Shown here: positions 38,901 through 52,112 of the stretch, piece by piece | How the letters are laid out: each line of letters begins with the position of its first letter | How positions within the stretch are numbered: position 1 is the first letter of the stretch | Source: Macrostomum lignano | Lineage: Eukaryota | NCBI GenBank assembly: GCA_002269645.1 | Contig: NIVC01001957.1 | Span: 124,001 to 188,000, forward strand | Length of the DNA stretch: 64,000 nucleotides | Direction of reading: 5' to 3' | Notes under the pieces: model-generated | Told to the model about the DNA's origin: nothing | The model's database searches: none | The model's input: only the letters and a program-made list of their open reading frames with translations | Program-made: the position numbers and the translations under genes

Positions 38901-41889
38901 ACTGATGTGTCAGTGGGTATAACTGATGTGTCAGTGAATATAACTGATGTGTCACTGAATATAACTGATGTGTCACTGAATATAACTGATGTGTCACTGA
39001 ATATAACTGATGTGTCACTGAATATAACTGATGTGTCAGTGAATAGAACTGATGTGTCACTGAATAGAACTGATGTGTCAGTGAATAGAACTGATGTGTC
39101 ACTGAATAGAACTGATGTGTCAGTGAATAGAACTGATGTGTCAGTGAATATAACTGATGTGTCAGTGAATAGAACTGATGTGTCACTGAATAGAACTGAT
39201 GTGTCAGTGAATAGAACTGATGTGTCAGTGAATAGAATTGATGTGTCAGTGAATAGAATTGATGTGTCAGTGAATAGAACTGATGTGTCAGTGAATATAA
39301 CTGATGTGTCAGTGAATAGAACTGATGTGTCAGTGAATAGAACTGATGTGTCAGTGAATAGAACTGATGTGTCAGTGAATAGAACTGGTGTGTCAGTGAA
39401 TAGAACTGATGTGTCAGTGAATAGAACTGATGTGTCAGTGAATATAACTGATGTGTCAGTGAATAGAACTGATGTGTCACTGAATAGAACTGATGTGTCA
39501 GTGAATAGAACTGATGTGTCAGTGGGTATAACTGATGTGTCAGTGAATAAAACTGGTGTGTCACTGAATAGAACTGATGTTTCAGTGAATAGAACTGATG
39601 TGTCAGTGAATAGAACTGATGTGTCAGTGAATAGAACTGGTGTGTCAGTGAATATAACTGATGTGTCAGTGAATTGAACTGGTGTGTCAGTGAATTGAAC
39701 TGGTGTGTCAGTGAATAGAACTGATGTGTCAGTGAATAGAATTGATGTGTCAGTGAATAGAACTGATGTGTCAGTGAATAGAACTGATGTGTCACTGAAT
39801 ATAACTGATGTGTCACTGATTAGAACTGATGTGTCAGTGGGTATAACTGATGTGTCAGTGAATATAACTGATGTGTCACTGAATATAACTGATGTGTCAC
39901 TGAATATAACTGATGTGTCACTGAATATAACTGATGTGTCACTGAATATAACTGATGTGTCACTGAATATAACTGATGTGTCACTGAATAGAACTGATGT
40001 GTCAGTGAATAGAACTGATGTGTCACTGAATATAACTGATGTGTCACTGAATATAACTGATGTGTCACTGAATATAACTGATGTGTCACTGAATATAACT
40101 GATGTGTCACTGAATAGAACTGATGTGTCACTGAATATAACTGATGTGTCACTGAATAGAACTGATGTGTCACTGAATAGAACTGATGTGTCACTGAATA
40201 GAACTGATGTGTCACTGAATAGAACTGATGTGTCACTGAATAGAACTGATGTGTCAGTGAATAGAACTGATGTGTCAGTGGGTATAACTGATGTGTCACT
40301 GAATAGAACTGATGTGTCAGTGAATAGAACTGATGTGTCAGTGAATAGAACTGGTGTGTCAGTGAATAGAACTGATGTGTCAGTGAATAGAACTGATGTG
40401 TCAGTGAATATAACTGATGTGTCAGTGAATATAACTGATGTGTCACTGAATATAACTGATGTGTCACTGAATATAACTGATGTGTCACTGAATAGAACTG
40501 ATGTGTCACTGAATATAACTGATGTGTCAGTGAATAGAACTGATGTGTCACTGAATAGAACTGATGTGTCACTGAATAGAACTGATGTGTCACTGAATAT
40601 AACTGATGTGTCAGTGAATAGAACTGATGTGTCACTGAATAGAACTGATGTGTCACTGAATAGAACTGATGTGTCAGTGAATAGAACTGATGTGTCAGTG
40701 AATAGAACTGGTGTGTCACTGAATAGAACTGATGTTTCAGTGAATAGAACTGATGTGTCAGTGAATAGAACTGATGTTTCAGTGAATAGAACTGGTGTGT
40801 CAGTGAATATAACTGATGTGTCACTGAATATAACTGATGTGTCACTGAATATAACTGGTGTGTCAGTGAATAGAACTGGTGTGTCAGTGAATAGAACTGA
40901 TGTGTCAGTGAATAGAACTGGTGTGTCACTGAATAGAACTGATGTGTCAGTGAATATAACTGATGTGTCAGTGAATAGAACTGATGTGTCACTGAATAGA
41001 ACAGATGTGTCAGTGAATAGAACTGATGTGTCACTGAATATAACTGATGTGTCAGTGAATAGAACTCATGTGTCACTGAATAGAACTGATGTGTCACTGA
41101 ATATAACTGATGTGTCAGTGAATAGAACTGATGTGTCACTGAATAGAACTGATGTGTCACTGAATAGAACTGATGTGTCAGTGAATAGAACTGATGTGTC
41201 AGTGAATAGAACTGGTGTGTCACTGAATAGAACTGATGTTTCAGTGAATAGAACTGATGTGTCAGTGAATAGAACTGATGTGTCAGTGAATAGAACTGAT
41301 GTGTCAGTGAATAGAACTGATGTGTCAGTGGATAGAACTAATGTGGGGTGCTTTCACAAGGTCGAAATTTCACAACGTCGAAAAGTAAATTATTTCACAA
41401 GGTCGAAACTTCACAAGGTCGAAATTTCACAACATCGAAAACTTTAGCAGGAGACTTCATAAGGTCGACATTTCATAAGGTCGAAATTTCACAACATCGA
41501 AAACTCAAATAGCAGCCACTTTCACAAGGTCGAAACTTCACAAGGTCGAAATTTCACAACATCGAAAAATCTAGCAAGAGATTTCATAAGGTCGAAATTT
41601 CACAAGGTCGAAATTTCATAACATCGAAAACTCAAGTGCAGCCACTTTTGTGAAAATTTGTGAAAGTTGTGAAATTTCGAGTTTGTGAAACCCCCCCACT
41701 AATGTGTCAGTGAAGAGAACTGACGTGTCACTGGGTGACTCAAGCAAAGCCCGCTGTCATCTTTCAGAAGAGATCCAAGACCGCGGTCTCGTGCTGCCGC
41801 TGTCAATGAACATCTACCGACCAATATTGAAGCGACTCAAAGCTGAAGGCATCTCAGCCGTCGCCAAGACAACCGAAATTGAAGGCTGA
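20912..41889 (+). CDS. AASS: Alpha-aminoadipic semialdehyde synthase (bifunctional LKR/SDH)
   Basis: Exons: 20912 (first in-frame ATG 20966)-21172, 21287-21622, 23879-24368, 25361-25505, 26521-26632, 26981-27242, 28501-28855, 31225-31826, 32391-32567, 41768-41889. All junctions are GT-AG and phase-compatible. Motifs LAIRRE...[87 protein letters not shown]. The exact start is uncertain. Confidence 0.95.
22980..23720. repeat. G-rich 33-bp minisatellite (AASS intron 2)
   Basis: Unit GGAGGGTATGAAATTTGAGGGTATATAAGGTTT with degenerate flanks. Confidence 0.9.
24435..25220. repeat. C-rich minisatellite of about 27 bp (AASS intron 3)
   Basis: Unit CCATCAGC(C/G)ACTG(C)nTATGAT with a variable C run. 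Confidence 0.92.
25640..26440. repeat. 24-bp grading into 23-bp minisatellite (AASS intron 4)
   Basis: AAGCCTCCTTAAAGAATCGCCCCT changes to AAGCCTCCTAAAGCATCGTCTCT. Confidence 0.92.
26650..26913. repeat. 50-bp tandem repeat, about 5 copies (AASS intron 5)
   Basis: Unit ACTCTAAATCCCCATTCCAGTAGTCTCCAATGGGATAATTGGGATCTCAG. Confidence 0.92.
27251..28210. repeat. (ACTG)n microsatellite of about 960 bp (AASS intron 6)
   Basis: Pure ACTG with ACTC variants at the 3' end. Source of the SQSV ORFs. Confidence 0.97.
28180..28582 (+). repeat. 203-bp tandem duplication of an intron end, acceptor and partial AASS exon
   Basis: CTTACTGACCATAATGACAGG...TCCTCAG|CCTCCAACATCC...AGCAGTCAGC occurs twice. Acceptors end at 28297 and 28500. 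Confidence 0.92.
28993..30955. mobile_element. Crypton-like tyrosine-recombinase element remnant(s) with hairpins (AASS intron 7)
   Basis: Plus-strand ORF 29453-29824 ([10 protein letters not shown]...[35 protein letters not shown]; Crypton N-terminal core-binding region). Minus-strand ORF 30021-30305 ([24 protein letters not shown]; catalytic C-terminus with His replaced by Gln). Hairpins at 28993-29094 and 30705-30784. Imperfect inverted repeats at about 29100-29200 and 30865-30955. Confidence 0.65.
31930..32320. repeat. 21-bp minisatellite (AASS intron 8)
   Basis: Unit ATCTAGATCCCTAATCCCAAT. Confidence 0.92.
32625..41340. repeat. 8.7-kb 21-bp satellite with higher-order structure (AASS last intron)
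   Basis: Unit ACTGATGTGTCA(G/C)TGAATA(G/T)A plus rarer variants, roughly 415 monomers. Confidence 0.98.
41345..41697. mobile_element. 353-bp MITE inserted in the satellite edge
   Basis: TIR GGGGTGCTTTCACAA / TTGTGAAACCCCCCC. TSD ACTAATGT at 41337-41344 and 41698-41705 (could be read as 9 bp). Internal TTCACAAGGTCGAAAT subrepeats. Confidence 0.8.
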
Positions 41890-42689
41890 CGACCTACTAG
41901 CTGTGCTAATTTATATTGCTGTGATGTAAATGTCAAGGATCCTAACGTAGGAAAAAGAAAGTTCTTTTACCTCTGTTAGAATCTGTTTTTTGCACTTGCT
42001 TCAGAAAAGAAAGAACTTTTTCTTAGTACAATATTGTACTTTATTAGAAGAATATCGTTTGTTTACTATCGTTCGTTTGTTTAGTACAATATTGTACTTT
42101 ATTAGAAGAATATCGTTTGTTTACTATTTTATAATCTCTCTGGGTAAACAATACATACTTTCAAACTTCTCACTTAAAGTCTCATTATTTATTTCAATTT
42201 TTATTTACAGATTTTATTTATACTATTTTTAAACTCGCTCTACTCACTCCAGTAGTATGATGCGACTGCGAATCTAAAATTTATGTGGAGTATTTTTATG
42301 CTTATATCAGTAACTCGTTTTTGAAAAATGCCAAAAATTGCTTTGTTATTATTTCATTCCTTTCTTTGCAAATGTGTTAAATTAATATATACGAGCTATT
42401 TTGTGATTAAATAATTTCATACGATCTCCGCTACTTTCAGTAAGCTATGTAACGAAGTAACGTAGTAACGAAGCAGTAACGAAAACATTGCAGCTGTGAC
42501 AGAAAATATACGAACTGTGCAGACTATCACAAATTTTTTATTTATATGTATGTTCTGATATTTATGAAGCCAGGCGCAACTTCTTAATAAATTTAATTAT
42601 TGGCTTTTATAATCAGTCATGAGTCACTGTCTCAGCCCCAGCTCCACGTTTTGAGAGTCAACTCCAGGGTCTCTGCCCTCTGCACTTCA

Positions 42690-43310
42690 TAACCCATCCT
42701 CTCTGCACTCTATTATCAGCCCTCTCTGCACTCTATAACCCACCCTCTCTGCACTATAACCCACCCTCTCTGCACTCTATAACCCACCCTCTCTGCACTC
42801 TATAACCCACCCTCTCTGCACTCTATAACCCACCCTCTCTGCACTCTATTATCAGCCCTCTCTGCACTCTATAATCCACCCTCTCTGCACTTTATAATCC
42901 AGAACCAACCCCTATTATCCATGGCCCACTGAGGGGCGGTGCAAAACCAACCCCCGTTTTCCATGGCCCACTGAGGGGCGGTGCAAAACCAACCCCCGTT
43001 TTCCATGGCCCACTGAGGGGCGGTGCAAAACCAACCCCCGTTTTCCATGGCCCACTGAGGGGCGGTGCAAAACCAACCCCCGTTTTCCATGGCCCACTGA
43101 GGGGCGGTGCAAAACCAATCCCTGTTTTATATGGCCCACTGAGGGGCGGTGCAAAACCAGCCCCCGTTTTATATGGCCCACTGAGGGGCGGTGCAAAACC
43201 AACCCCCGTTTTATATGGCCCACTGAGGGGCGCTGGAGAACCAACCCCCGTTTTATATGGCCCACTTAGTGGTGGTGCAGAACCAACCCTCATTTTTCAT
43301 GCCCCACTGA
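42690..43310. repeat. Adjacent 23-bp and 42-bp minisatellites
   Basis: CTCTGCACTCTATAACCCACCCT (about 42690-42900), then CCATGGCCCACTGAGGGGCGGTGCAAAACCAACCCCCGTTTT (about 42905-43310). Confidence 0.9.
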
Positions 43311-43898
43311 GGTTTTACCATATACAAATTCTTAATAACTGATTGCTTGGGTACAAACAAAGAAACAAACAAACAAGCAAAACTTGCAGACAAACCCTCC
43401 TTACTTCTGTCTGTGGTATTATTAAAGTATTCTCCACTGCTTAGGCTGACCTAGCCGAAATTGAGAACTGTAATTGTAAGCACAGCTTTAGTTGCGCTAT
43501 CTCTGCACTGACACTCAAAAACAGGGCAGAAAAAAGATAATATTGCTCTCTGAGCAGAGACTGCACAATCCGACGGTTACTTCAAAATGGGCGCTAGAAA
43601 GCAGGTGAGCCAGCGTGCGCGCGTTGACGCCACCTGTCGCACCCTTTATACAATGCAGCTACTCCTATTGCAGAGAGAGACTCGCATAGTTTCACTTTGA
43701 AGTAAACGACATCTCTAACCCAAATGTACAGTCATCAAACTCTGCAACCGAGGAATGAAAGCGAAACTGGGCAATGTTTAAAAATAAGCGCTACTTTTGG
43801 TGTATTTAAACTCGCGTTTTCATCTTAGGCGAATTTCTTTAAATGAAATATATTGAGGCAAGCAAATGCTATACATATAAACTAAGACAGATACAGTA

Positions 43899-45672
43899 AT
43901 GCTTAAGAAGCAACTTCTAATTGCTTTGGCATTTCTGCTAGCTGGCATTGGTAAGTGTATTGGTGAGGACAGTAAAAGTAAGAGTTATTAAAGGATTCAA
44001 AGATGAAAAAAGTAAATGACTGAATAGAAGAGAGTGAGAGTGAGAGTGAGAGTGGGGTAAATGGGGAGAGGTGGAAGAGAGGAAGATTGGGAGAGAGGAG
44101 GGGAGAGAAAGACAGGGGGAGTGACAGAAAGTGGGAAAGGGGGAGAGGGAAGAAGGAGAGATGGAGAGATGGGTCCAGGGAAGGAACGGGGAGCGATGGA
44201 GAGGGGAGAGAGAGAGGGAGAGTGGAAAGGGGATAAGGGAGGGAGAGAGGGAGAGTTGAGAGAGAGAGAGGAGAGGAAGAGAGGGAGAGTGGAGAGTGAA
44301 GAGGGGAGAAAGAGAGAGAAGAGTGGAGAGGGAAGAGGGGAGGGTGGGAGAGTGGAGATGGAGAATCAAGGAAACAAGTGGGGTGTTGATTCAAAGACGC
44401 AGATGGATGAAAATAAGATTAGGCCAGTGTAGGCAAAGCAGGAGATCAGTAGCTCTCCCCTTCGCCAAGTGATGAAGTTCCGCCACCCACAAAAACCCAG
44501 CCGTGGACTCAGGCGCTGCCATCTTGTGCTACAGCCGGGACCAATCGACAGGCGTGGCCAATGGAACTGTAGACGACTGCCCGTCTGACTTGGCCTGCTA
44601 TCTGTACACAAAAGAAAAGGTAACTACGGGTAAAACTTTACACACTTTTTTGGGAAAGTGTATGCATAATGCCGCCAGGCCCAGATGTTCCACACTTCCC
44701 TGAGTACTTGGTTTGAAACTAAATTCCCAATAGTATAAAAGTATAAAAATATTATCCACCAGATAAGCTACGCAGGATGCGGTCGCTGCACAGAAGAAAA
44801 CACTGAAGATCACAACTGCGAGTCTTGCACATCTGACTACTGCAACGACTGGCCTTCGCTAATCGGCTGTTTCTATGCTAAAAGCGAAACTAAAAAGGAA
44901 AATTGGTTAAAAATATCCTGCAACAAGAAATTTTGCTACAGCTTTAACTACACTATCGGAGCCACGGTGAGAACTCGTTTCTGTAAAGCGAGACTGCTGC
45001 AGATATAGATTGCTTACAGAAATCTTAAATAGATAGATTCCACACCCCGCTGAGAGAAGTGTGAAAGCAACACCCCCAATCTTCCACCCACACCCCACTG
45101 ATAGCAGGTGTGAAACCAACACCCCTAATCTCCCACCCACACCCCACTGATAGCAGGTGTGAAACCAACACCCCCAATCTCTCACGTACACCCCACTGAT
45201 AGCAGGTGTGAAACCAACACCTCCAATCTCCCACGTACTCCCCACTGATAGCAGGTGTGAAACCAACCCCCCACCCCCAATCTTCCACACCCCACTGATA
45301 GCAGGTGTGAGACCAACCCCCCCCCCCGATCTTCCACACCCCACTGATAACAGGTGTGAGACCAACCCCCCCCCCCGATCCCCCGATCTTCCACACCCCA
45401 CTGATAGCAGGTGTGAGACTAACACCACAATACTTTACGAAGCGAAATACATTGAGACTGTAGTGTAGGACTAAAGTGTTAAAGGAATTTTATCCCCGAA
45501 ATTGCAGTATTACGCTGCCGGTTGTGGTAACTGCTCTGGTTACGAAAAGTTCGATACCTGCAGAGTGTGCAGCACAGACTACTGCAACTCAGCTACTGCA
45601 TTTTCAGCAGATAAATTACAATTTGTGGCCGGTGGCTTCATTATTCTGATCCTTCAGTCCTGGATAAATTGA
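43899..45672 (+). CDS. Cys-rich two-module Ly6/uPAR (three-finger)-like protein, probably GPI-anchored, copy 1
   Basis: Exons 43899-43950, 44501-44619, 44763-44966, 45508-45672 (phases 1,0,0). Signal peptide MLKKQLLIALAFLLAGI; two modules C..C..C..GCGxC..CxxCxxDYCN; hydrophobic C-terminal tail. Absent as a whole from the ORF track because the exons are small. Confidence 0.82.
44035..44365. repeat. GA-rich low-complexity tract (intron 1 of Ly6-like copy 1)
   Basis: Polypurine (GA/GGA) tract. Confidence 0.85.
45040..45425. repeat. Minisatellite of about 43 bp (intron 3 of Ly6-like copy 1)
   Basis: Unit ACACCCCACTGATAGCAGGTGTGAAACCAACCCCCAATCTTCC; same family as 48490-49315. Confidence 0.9.
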
Positions 45673-46127
45673 CTCCTGACAGATGCCGAGTAAGGGAGAA
45701 AAACGTACTCAAACTTGAAGAAACACGAGTCTCTTTTAAAGACAGAAATACCAATAATGTGATGTTTTTTAATTTTTAAGCTCAAGTGTTGGTATCCAGA
45801 TTTTAACTGCTATATAGGCTTTAGAAAACCCTTTTATCAGGGTTCTAATAACTAACTTCGATACATTTAAATTCTTCTGTTTTAATGAGCGTTCGTCAGT
45901 AGCTTGCAAAAATTATTTGCGGAATAATTTAATTTGCCAGTTATTTGGAAAGCCACAAATAAATTACCATATTAGCAGAGCTTTTTTTTCAAACTATGTT
46001 GAAAATAGCGTAAAACCTAAGTGAACACTCGCTTCTTGTATACAGCTTTCTTGGTGTGAAAACTCAGCGGAGTAAAAATTATTTTGCCAAATCAGTAGCT
46101 CTGTCAGTACTTGATGGGTGATCGTCT

Positions 46128-46745
<618 letters not shown>

Positions 46746-47199
46746 GAGGGAGCAATGAAAACTGTCTGAAGCATTATTCCTTCCATTTGCATTAGCGAAC
46801 TTCCATTTGCTCTTTTCAAAAAAAATTAGTTTGTGTTTTTTGTTCGAGCCAAGAAACTACTCTGCGTTTAGAATAGCCAGCATCATGCTGTGTACTGTAC
46901 TCTGATGAGGCTGCCTCTTTAGTGTAGTCACTGGGTCTCAGCCTCTCCATTCATGCAGTGAAGCCTCACTATCCACTGCAGCTCATTTTCAGTTTAGACT
47001 GAATTCATTTCTTCGGCTAAGATGACCCAGCCAGGTTTTCTAGCCCGAGACACAAAAATGAAACTCAAAGAAATAATAAAAATAGGTGCCCAGGTTGTGT
47101 ATTTAAACCCGAAGTCGTTTGTAAGGCTTTCTTATTGTATATTTTTAATAAACAGTTCAACGACACGAACACCGGTTTTCTGTGAAATCAAACAGACAA

Positions 47200-47600
47200 A
47201 TGTCACGGACAAAACTTCTAATCCATTTGGCAACACTGTTTGCTGCTTTTGGTAAGACATTTGTACATTTACATTATTTTATTGAGGGAGAGATGGGAGA
47301 GAGGGAGAGAGGCATAGAAAGAGAGAGAGAGGGAGAGGGAGAGATGGAGAGAGGAAGAGGGAGAGAGGGAGAGAGGGAGAGGGAGAGAGAGAGGGAGAGA
47401 GGAAGAGGGAGAGAGAGAGGGAGAGAGGGAGAGAGAGAGAGAGAGAGAGGGAGAGAGGAAGAGGGGGAGAGAGAGAGAGAGAGAGAGGAAGAGGGAGAGA
47501 GGGAGAGAGGGAGAGGGAGAGAGAGAGGGAGAGAGGAAGAGGGAGAGAGAGAGGGAGAGAGGGAGAGAGAGAGAGAGAGAGAGGGAGAGAGGAAGAGGGG

Positions 47601-47639
<39 letters not shown>

Positions 47640-49599
47640 GGAGAGAGGAAGAGAGGGAGAGAGGGAGAGAGGGAGAGATGGAGAGAGGGAGAGAGGGAGA
47701 GAGAGAGGCATGAGAGAGGGATGAGAGAGGGAGAGAGGGAGAGAGGGAGAGAGAGAGGCATGAGAGAGGGATGAGAGAGGGAGAAAGGAAGAGAGGGAGA
47801 GAGAGATAGGGATAGTGGGGGAGAGAGAGATTATGCAGGGAGAGAAGAGAGGCAGAGGCGATAGGCGAAGTCAGACAAGTTCATCCCGCAGCCAACAGCC
47901 AGCATCATAGAATCCCTGCCACCTGTTCCCCCAGCCGTGGATTTCAGCGGTGCGATCTCTTGCTACAGCCGCGACAAGTCAACAGGCAGAGCAAATGGAA
48001 CCGTATCCAACTGCACGTCTGATTCAGCCTGCTATCGCTACACTGCTGACGAGGTGTGTAAATTTGTGCTTGTAGTCATTGGCGTCACGGATAGTGGCAT
48101 TGGTGTCTAGGTGTGTAAGATGAACTAGGACGCAGCTGGGTTTACTAAAAAATATTTTTCTTAAGTCAATCTCGAATTCACCACCAAGGTAAGCTACGCA
48201 GGATGCGGCACCTGCTCAGCTGCTGACACCAGAGATTACAACTGCGAGTCTTGCACAGCTGACTACTGCAACACTTGGCCACCGTTGACTGGCTGTCTGT
48301 ATGCCAAAGGCGAGTACAGGAAGGAAAAATGGGTGAAAGTATCCTGTTCCCAAGCCAGCTGCTATCAGTTCAGCTATGGATACGGTCCTACTATTGTGAG
48401 ATCTTTGACACTGTTATTCTAACGAAACTTAACAACAATCTAACTGAGGTGTAGCATTTGAAAATATTGAATACCCAACGGGAGCAGGTACAAAACCAAC
48501 CCCCAATCTTCCACACCCCACTGATAGCAGGTGTGAAACCAACCCCCAATCTTCCACACCCCACTGATAGCAGGTGTGAAACCAACCCCCAATCTTCCAC
48601 ACCCCACTGATAGCAGGTGTGAAACCAACCCCCAATCTTCCACACCCCACTGATAGCAGGTGTGAAACCAACCCCCAATCTTCCACACCCCACTGAGAGC
48701 AGGTGTGAAACCAACCCCCAATCTTCCACACCCCACTGATAGCAGGTGTGAAACCAACCCCCAATCTTCCACACCCCACTGATAGCAGGTGTGAAACCAA
48801 CCCCTAATCTTCCACACCCCACTGATAGCAGGTGTGAAACCAACCCCCAATCTTCCACACCCCACTGAGAGCAGGTGCGAAACCAACCCACTATCTCCTA
48901 CACCCCAGTGATATCAGCTGTGAAACCAACCCCCAATCTTCCACACCCCACTGAGAGCAGGTGCGAAACCAACCCACTATCTCCTACACCCCAGTGATAT
49001 CAGCTGTGAAACCAACCCCCAATCTTCAACACCCCACTGAGAGCAGGTGCGAAACCAACCCCCAATCTTCCACACCCCACTGATAGCAGGTGTGAAACCA
49101 ACCCCCAATCTTCCACACCCCACTGATAGCAGGTGTGAAACCAACCCCCAATCTTCCACACCCCACTGATAGCAGGTGTGAAACGAACCCCCAATCTTCC
49201 ACACCCCACTGAGAGCAGGTGCGAAACCAACCCCCAATCTTCCACACCCCACTGATAGCAGGTGTGAAACCAACCCACTATCTCCTACACCCCAAGTGAT
49301 ATCAGCTGTGAAACCAACTCTCCATCAGTTATATTCAAGTACTTTAAGCTTTAACTTATCAAGTATAAACTCTAACTAATCATGAACGAATAGTCAATAA
49401 AATTAATAAATGAAAACTTCAGTTCTTTTTTGCTGGCTGCGGTGACTGCGCAGATTACGGGAATTTCGACAATTGCAAGACTTGCGCAACCGACTATTGC
49501 AATTCAGCAAAGGTTCTGACTGCAGAGCAAACGAATTTGATGCTGACTGCAGCTGGAGGCCTTCTCGTGATGGTCATGCAGCTCTGGGGTCATGGATAA
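47200..49599 (+). CDS. Cys-rich two-module Ly6/uPAR-like protein, probably GPI-anchored, copy 2
   Basis: Exons 47200-47251, 47935-48053, 48189-48395, 49423-49599; same phases and near-identical exon sizes to copy 1. [18 protein letters not shown]...SYAGCGTC...[10 protein letters not shown]...AGCGDC...[12 protein letters not shown], then a hydrophobic tail. Confidence 0.82.
47285..47850. repeat. GA-rich microsatellite (intron 1 of Ly6-like copy 2)
   Basis: (GA)n/GGGAGA tract; source of the ER- and SL-rich ORFs. Confidence 0.92.
48490..49315. repeat. 43-bp minisatellite (intron 3 of Ly6-like copy 2)
   Basis: Unit ACACCCCACTGATAGCAGGTGTGAAACCAACCCCCAATCTTCC. Confidence 0.93.
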
Positions 49600-49929
49600 C
49601 AGTTCCAATTTATCAGTAGCTAGAACTGATTGACTAACACTACAATGAGTTCTCTAAACTGACTCTGTTTATTTAAAAATAGACAAATTTTTATGGACTT
49701 TATACGTTTTTTATGGAAATTTAACAACCTGCGTGAAATAATATTACCGATTTCATCAATGTTTTCGAAATAATCAAGTAAATTAAATCTTTTTTATTGT
49801 TAGATGCATATTTTTGTTTTAATGAAACGATTTGCACAAAAGTTTTTCGTGTTGAAACCTTTTATTACGCCCGTATCCTAACTCCTTTGAAAACTCAGAT
49901 TTTGTTCGCTCCCCTGGCTCAATTATGAC

Positions 49930-51685
49930 CTCTCTGACTCAGTGATCATCTCTCTGACTCAGTGATCATATATCTGACTCAGTGATTATCTCTCTGACTC
50001 AGTGATCATCTCTCTGACTCAGTGATTATCTCTCTGACTCAGTGATCATCTCTCTGACTCAGTAATCATATATCTGACTCAGTGATTATCTCTCTGACTC
50101 AGTGATCATCTCTCTGACTCAGTGATTATCTCTCTGACTCAGTGATCATCTCTCTGACTCAGTGATCATATATCTGACTCAGTGATTATCTCTCTGACTC
50201 AGTGATCATCTCTCTGACTCAGTGATCATATATCTGACTCAGTGATTATCTCTCTGACTCAGTGATCATCTCTCTGACTCAGTGATTATCTCTCTGACTC
50301 AGTGATCATCTCTCTGACTCAGTGATCATATATCTGACTCAGTGATTATCTCTCTGACTCAGTGATCATCTCTCTGACTCAGTGATCATATATCTGACTC
50401 AGTGATTATCTCTCTGACTCAGTGATCATCTCTCTGACTCAGTAATCATATATCTGACTCAGTGATTATCTCTCTGACTCAGTGATCATCTCTCTGACTC
50501 AGTGATTATCTCTCTGACTCAGTGATCATCTCTCTGACTCAGTGATCATATATCTGACTCAGTGATTATCTCTCTGACTCAGTGATCATCTCTCTGACTC
50601 AGTGATCATATATCTGACTCAGTGATTATCTCTCTGACTCAGTGATCATCTCTCTGACTCAGTGATTATCTCTCTGACTCAGTGATCATCTCTCTGACTC
50701 AGTGATCATATATCTGACTCAGTGATTATCTCTCTGACTCAGTGATCATATATCTGACTCAGTGATCATATATCTGACTCAGTGATTATCTCTCTGACTC
50801 AGTGATTATCTATCTGACTCAGTGATCATATATCTGACTCAGTGATCATCTCTCTGACACAGTGATCATATATCTGACTCAGTGATCATCTCTCTGACAC
50901 AGTGATCATATATCTGACTCAGTGATTATCTCTCTGACTCAGTGATCATATGTCTGACTCAGTGATTATCTCTCTGACTCAGTGATTATCTCTCTGACTC
51001 AGTGATCATATATCTGACTCAGTGATCATATATCTGACTCAGTGATTATCTCTCTGACTCAGTGATCATCTCTCTAACTCAGTGATCATCTCTCTAACTC
51101 AGTGATTATCTCTCTAACTCAGTGATCATCTCTCTAACTCAGTGATTATCTCTCTAACTCAGTGATCATATATCTGACTCAGTGATTATCTCTCTGACTC
51201 AGTGATCATATATCTGACTCAGTGATCATCTCTTTGACTCAGTGATCATCTCTCTAACTCAGTGATCATATATCTGACTCAGTGATCATATATCTGACTC
51301 AGTGATTATCTCTCTGACTCAGTGATCATATATCTGACTCAGTGATTATCTCTCTGACTCAGTGATCATATATCTGACTCAGTGATTATCTCTCTGACTC
51401 AGTGATTATCTCTCTGACTCAGTGATTATCTCTCTGACTCAGTGATCATACATCTGATTCAGTGATCATCTCTCTGTTCATCTCTCTGACTCACTGTTCA
51501 TCATCTCTCTGACTTAGTGATCACCTCTCTGACTCACTGTTCATTATCTCTCTGACTCACTGTTCATCATCTCTCTGACTTAGTGATCACCTCTCTGACT
51601 CACTGTTCATCATCTCTCTGACTTAGTGATCACCTCTCTGACTCACTGTTCATCATCTCTCTGACTTAGTGATCACCTCTCTGAC
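49930..51685. repeat. 20-bp minisatellite (about 85-90 copies)
   Basis: Unit TGACTCAGTGAT(C/T)AT(C/A)T(C/A)TC. Confidence 0.96.
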
Positions 51686-52112
51686 TCTGTGATACTCTTT
51701 TTAACTTGGCGATAATCTCTTTATGTCGAGGAAGAGGATTTCTGAGTCCGAGTCTATGCATCATAAAAATTGTTTTTGATTGTAGTTTGCAGATAGCAAA
51801 CAAAATACAATTAGAATTGCGCTTTCCTGAGTATCATATCGGCTAGCTGGATCCCATCAACCGGTATTGCATATAAGTTGATATTTATCGATTTGGAATT
51901 TTGCTGTTTACATTCTCATCTGGTAGATACTCGTGTGAAGCATTCCCTACTGCAGATGCTGAAAACTGTTTGCACTGCAGTTGAGGCACCAATCAGGGCT
52001 CTTGGAGACAATTAGCTATTAAACGTTGTATAGCCTTTATCTGCTGAAGGTAACTATTTAATACTTGTCGATTTCAAAGTCCTCTTCTGCAGCCATCTTT
52101 CGGGAAACGAAA

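Noticed and set aside
32270-41447. Very long ORFs on both strands (VSVNRTD and THQFYSL repeats) resembling mucin or ice-nucleation proteins full of N-glycosylation sequons
   Set aside because: They are stop-free frames of a 21-bp satellite lying inside a well-defined AASS intron (32568-41767), with no signal peptide or unique domain.
397-41889. An amino-acid catabolism gene cluster (dehydratases plus AASS)
   Set aside because: The pathways share no obvious intermediate and the genes are separated by an unrelated NWD gene; proximity alone is not evidence.
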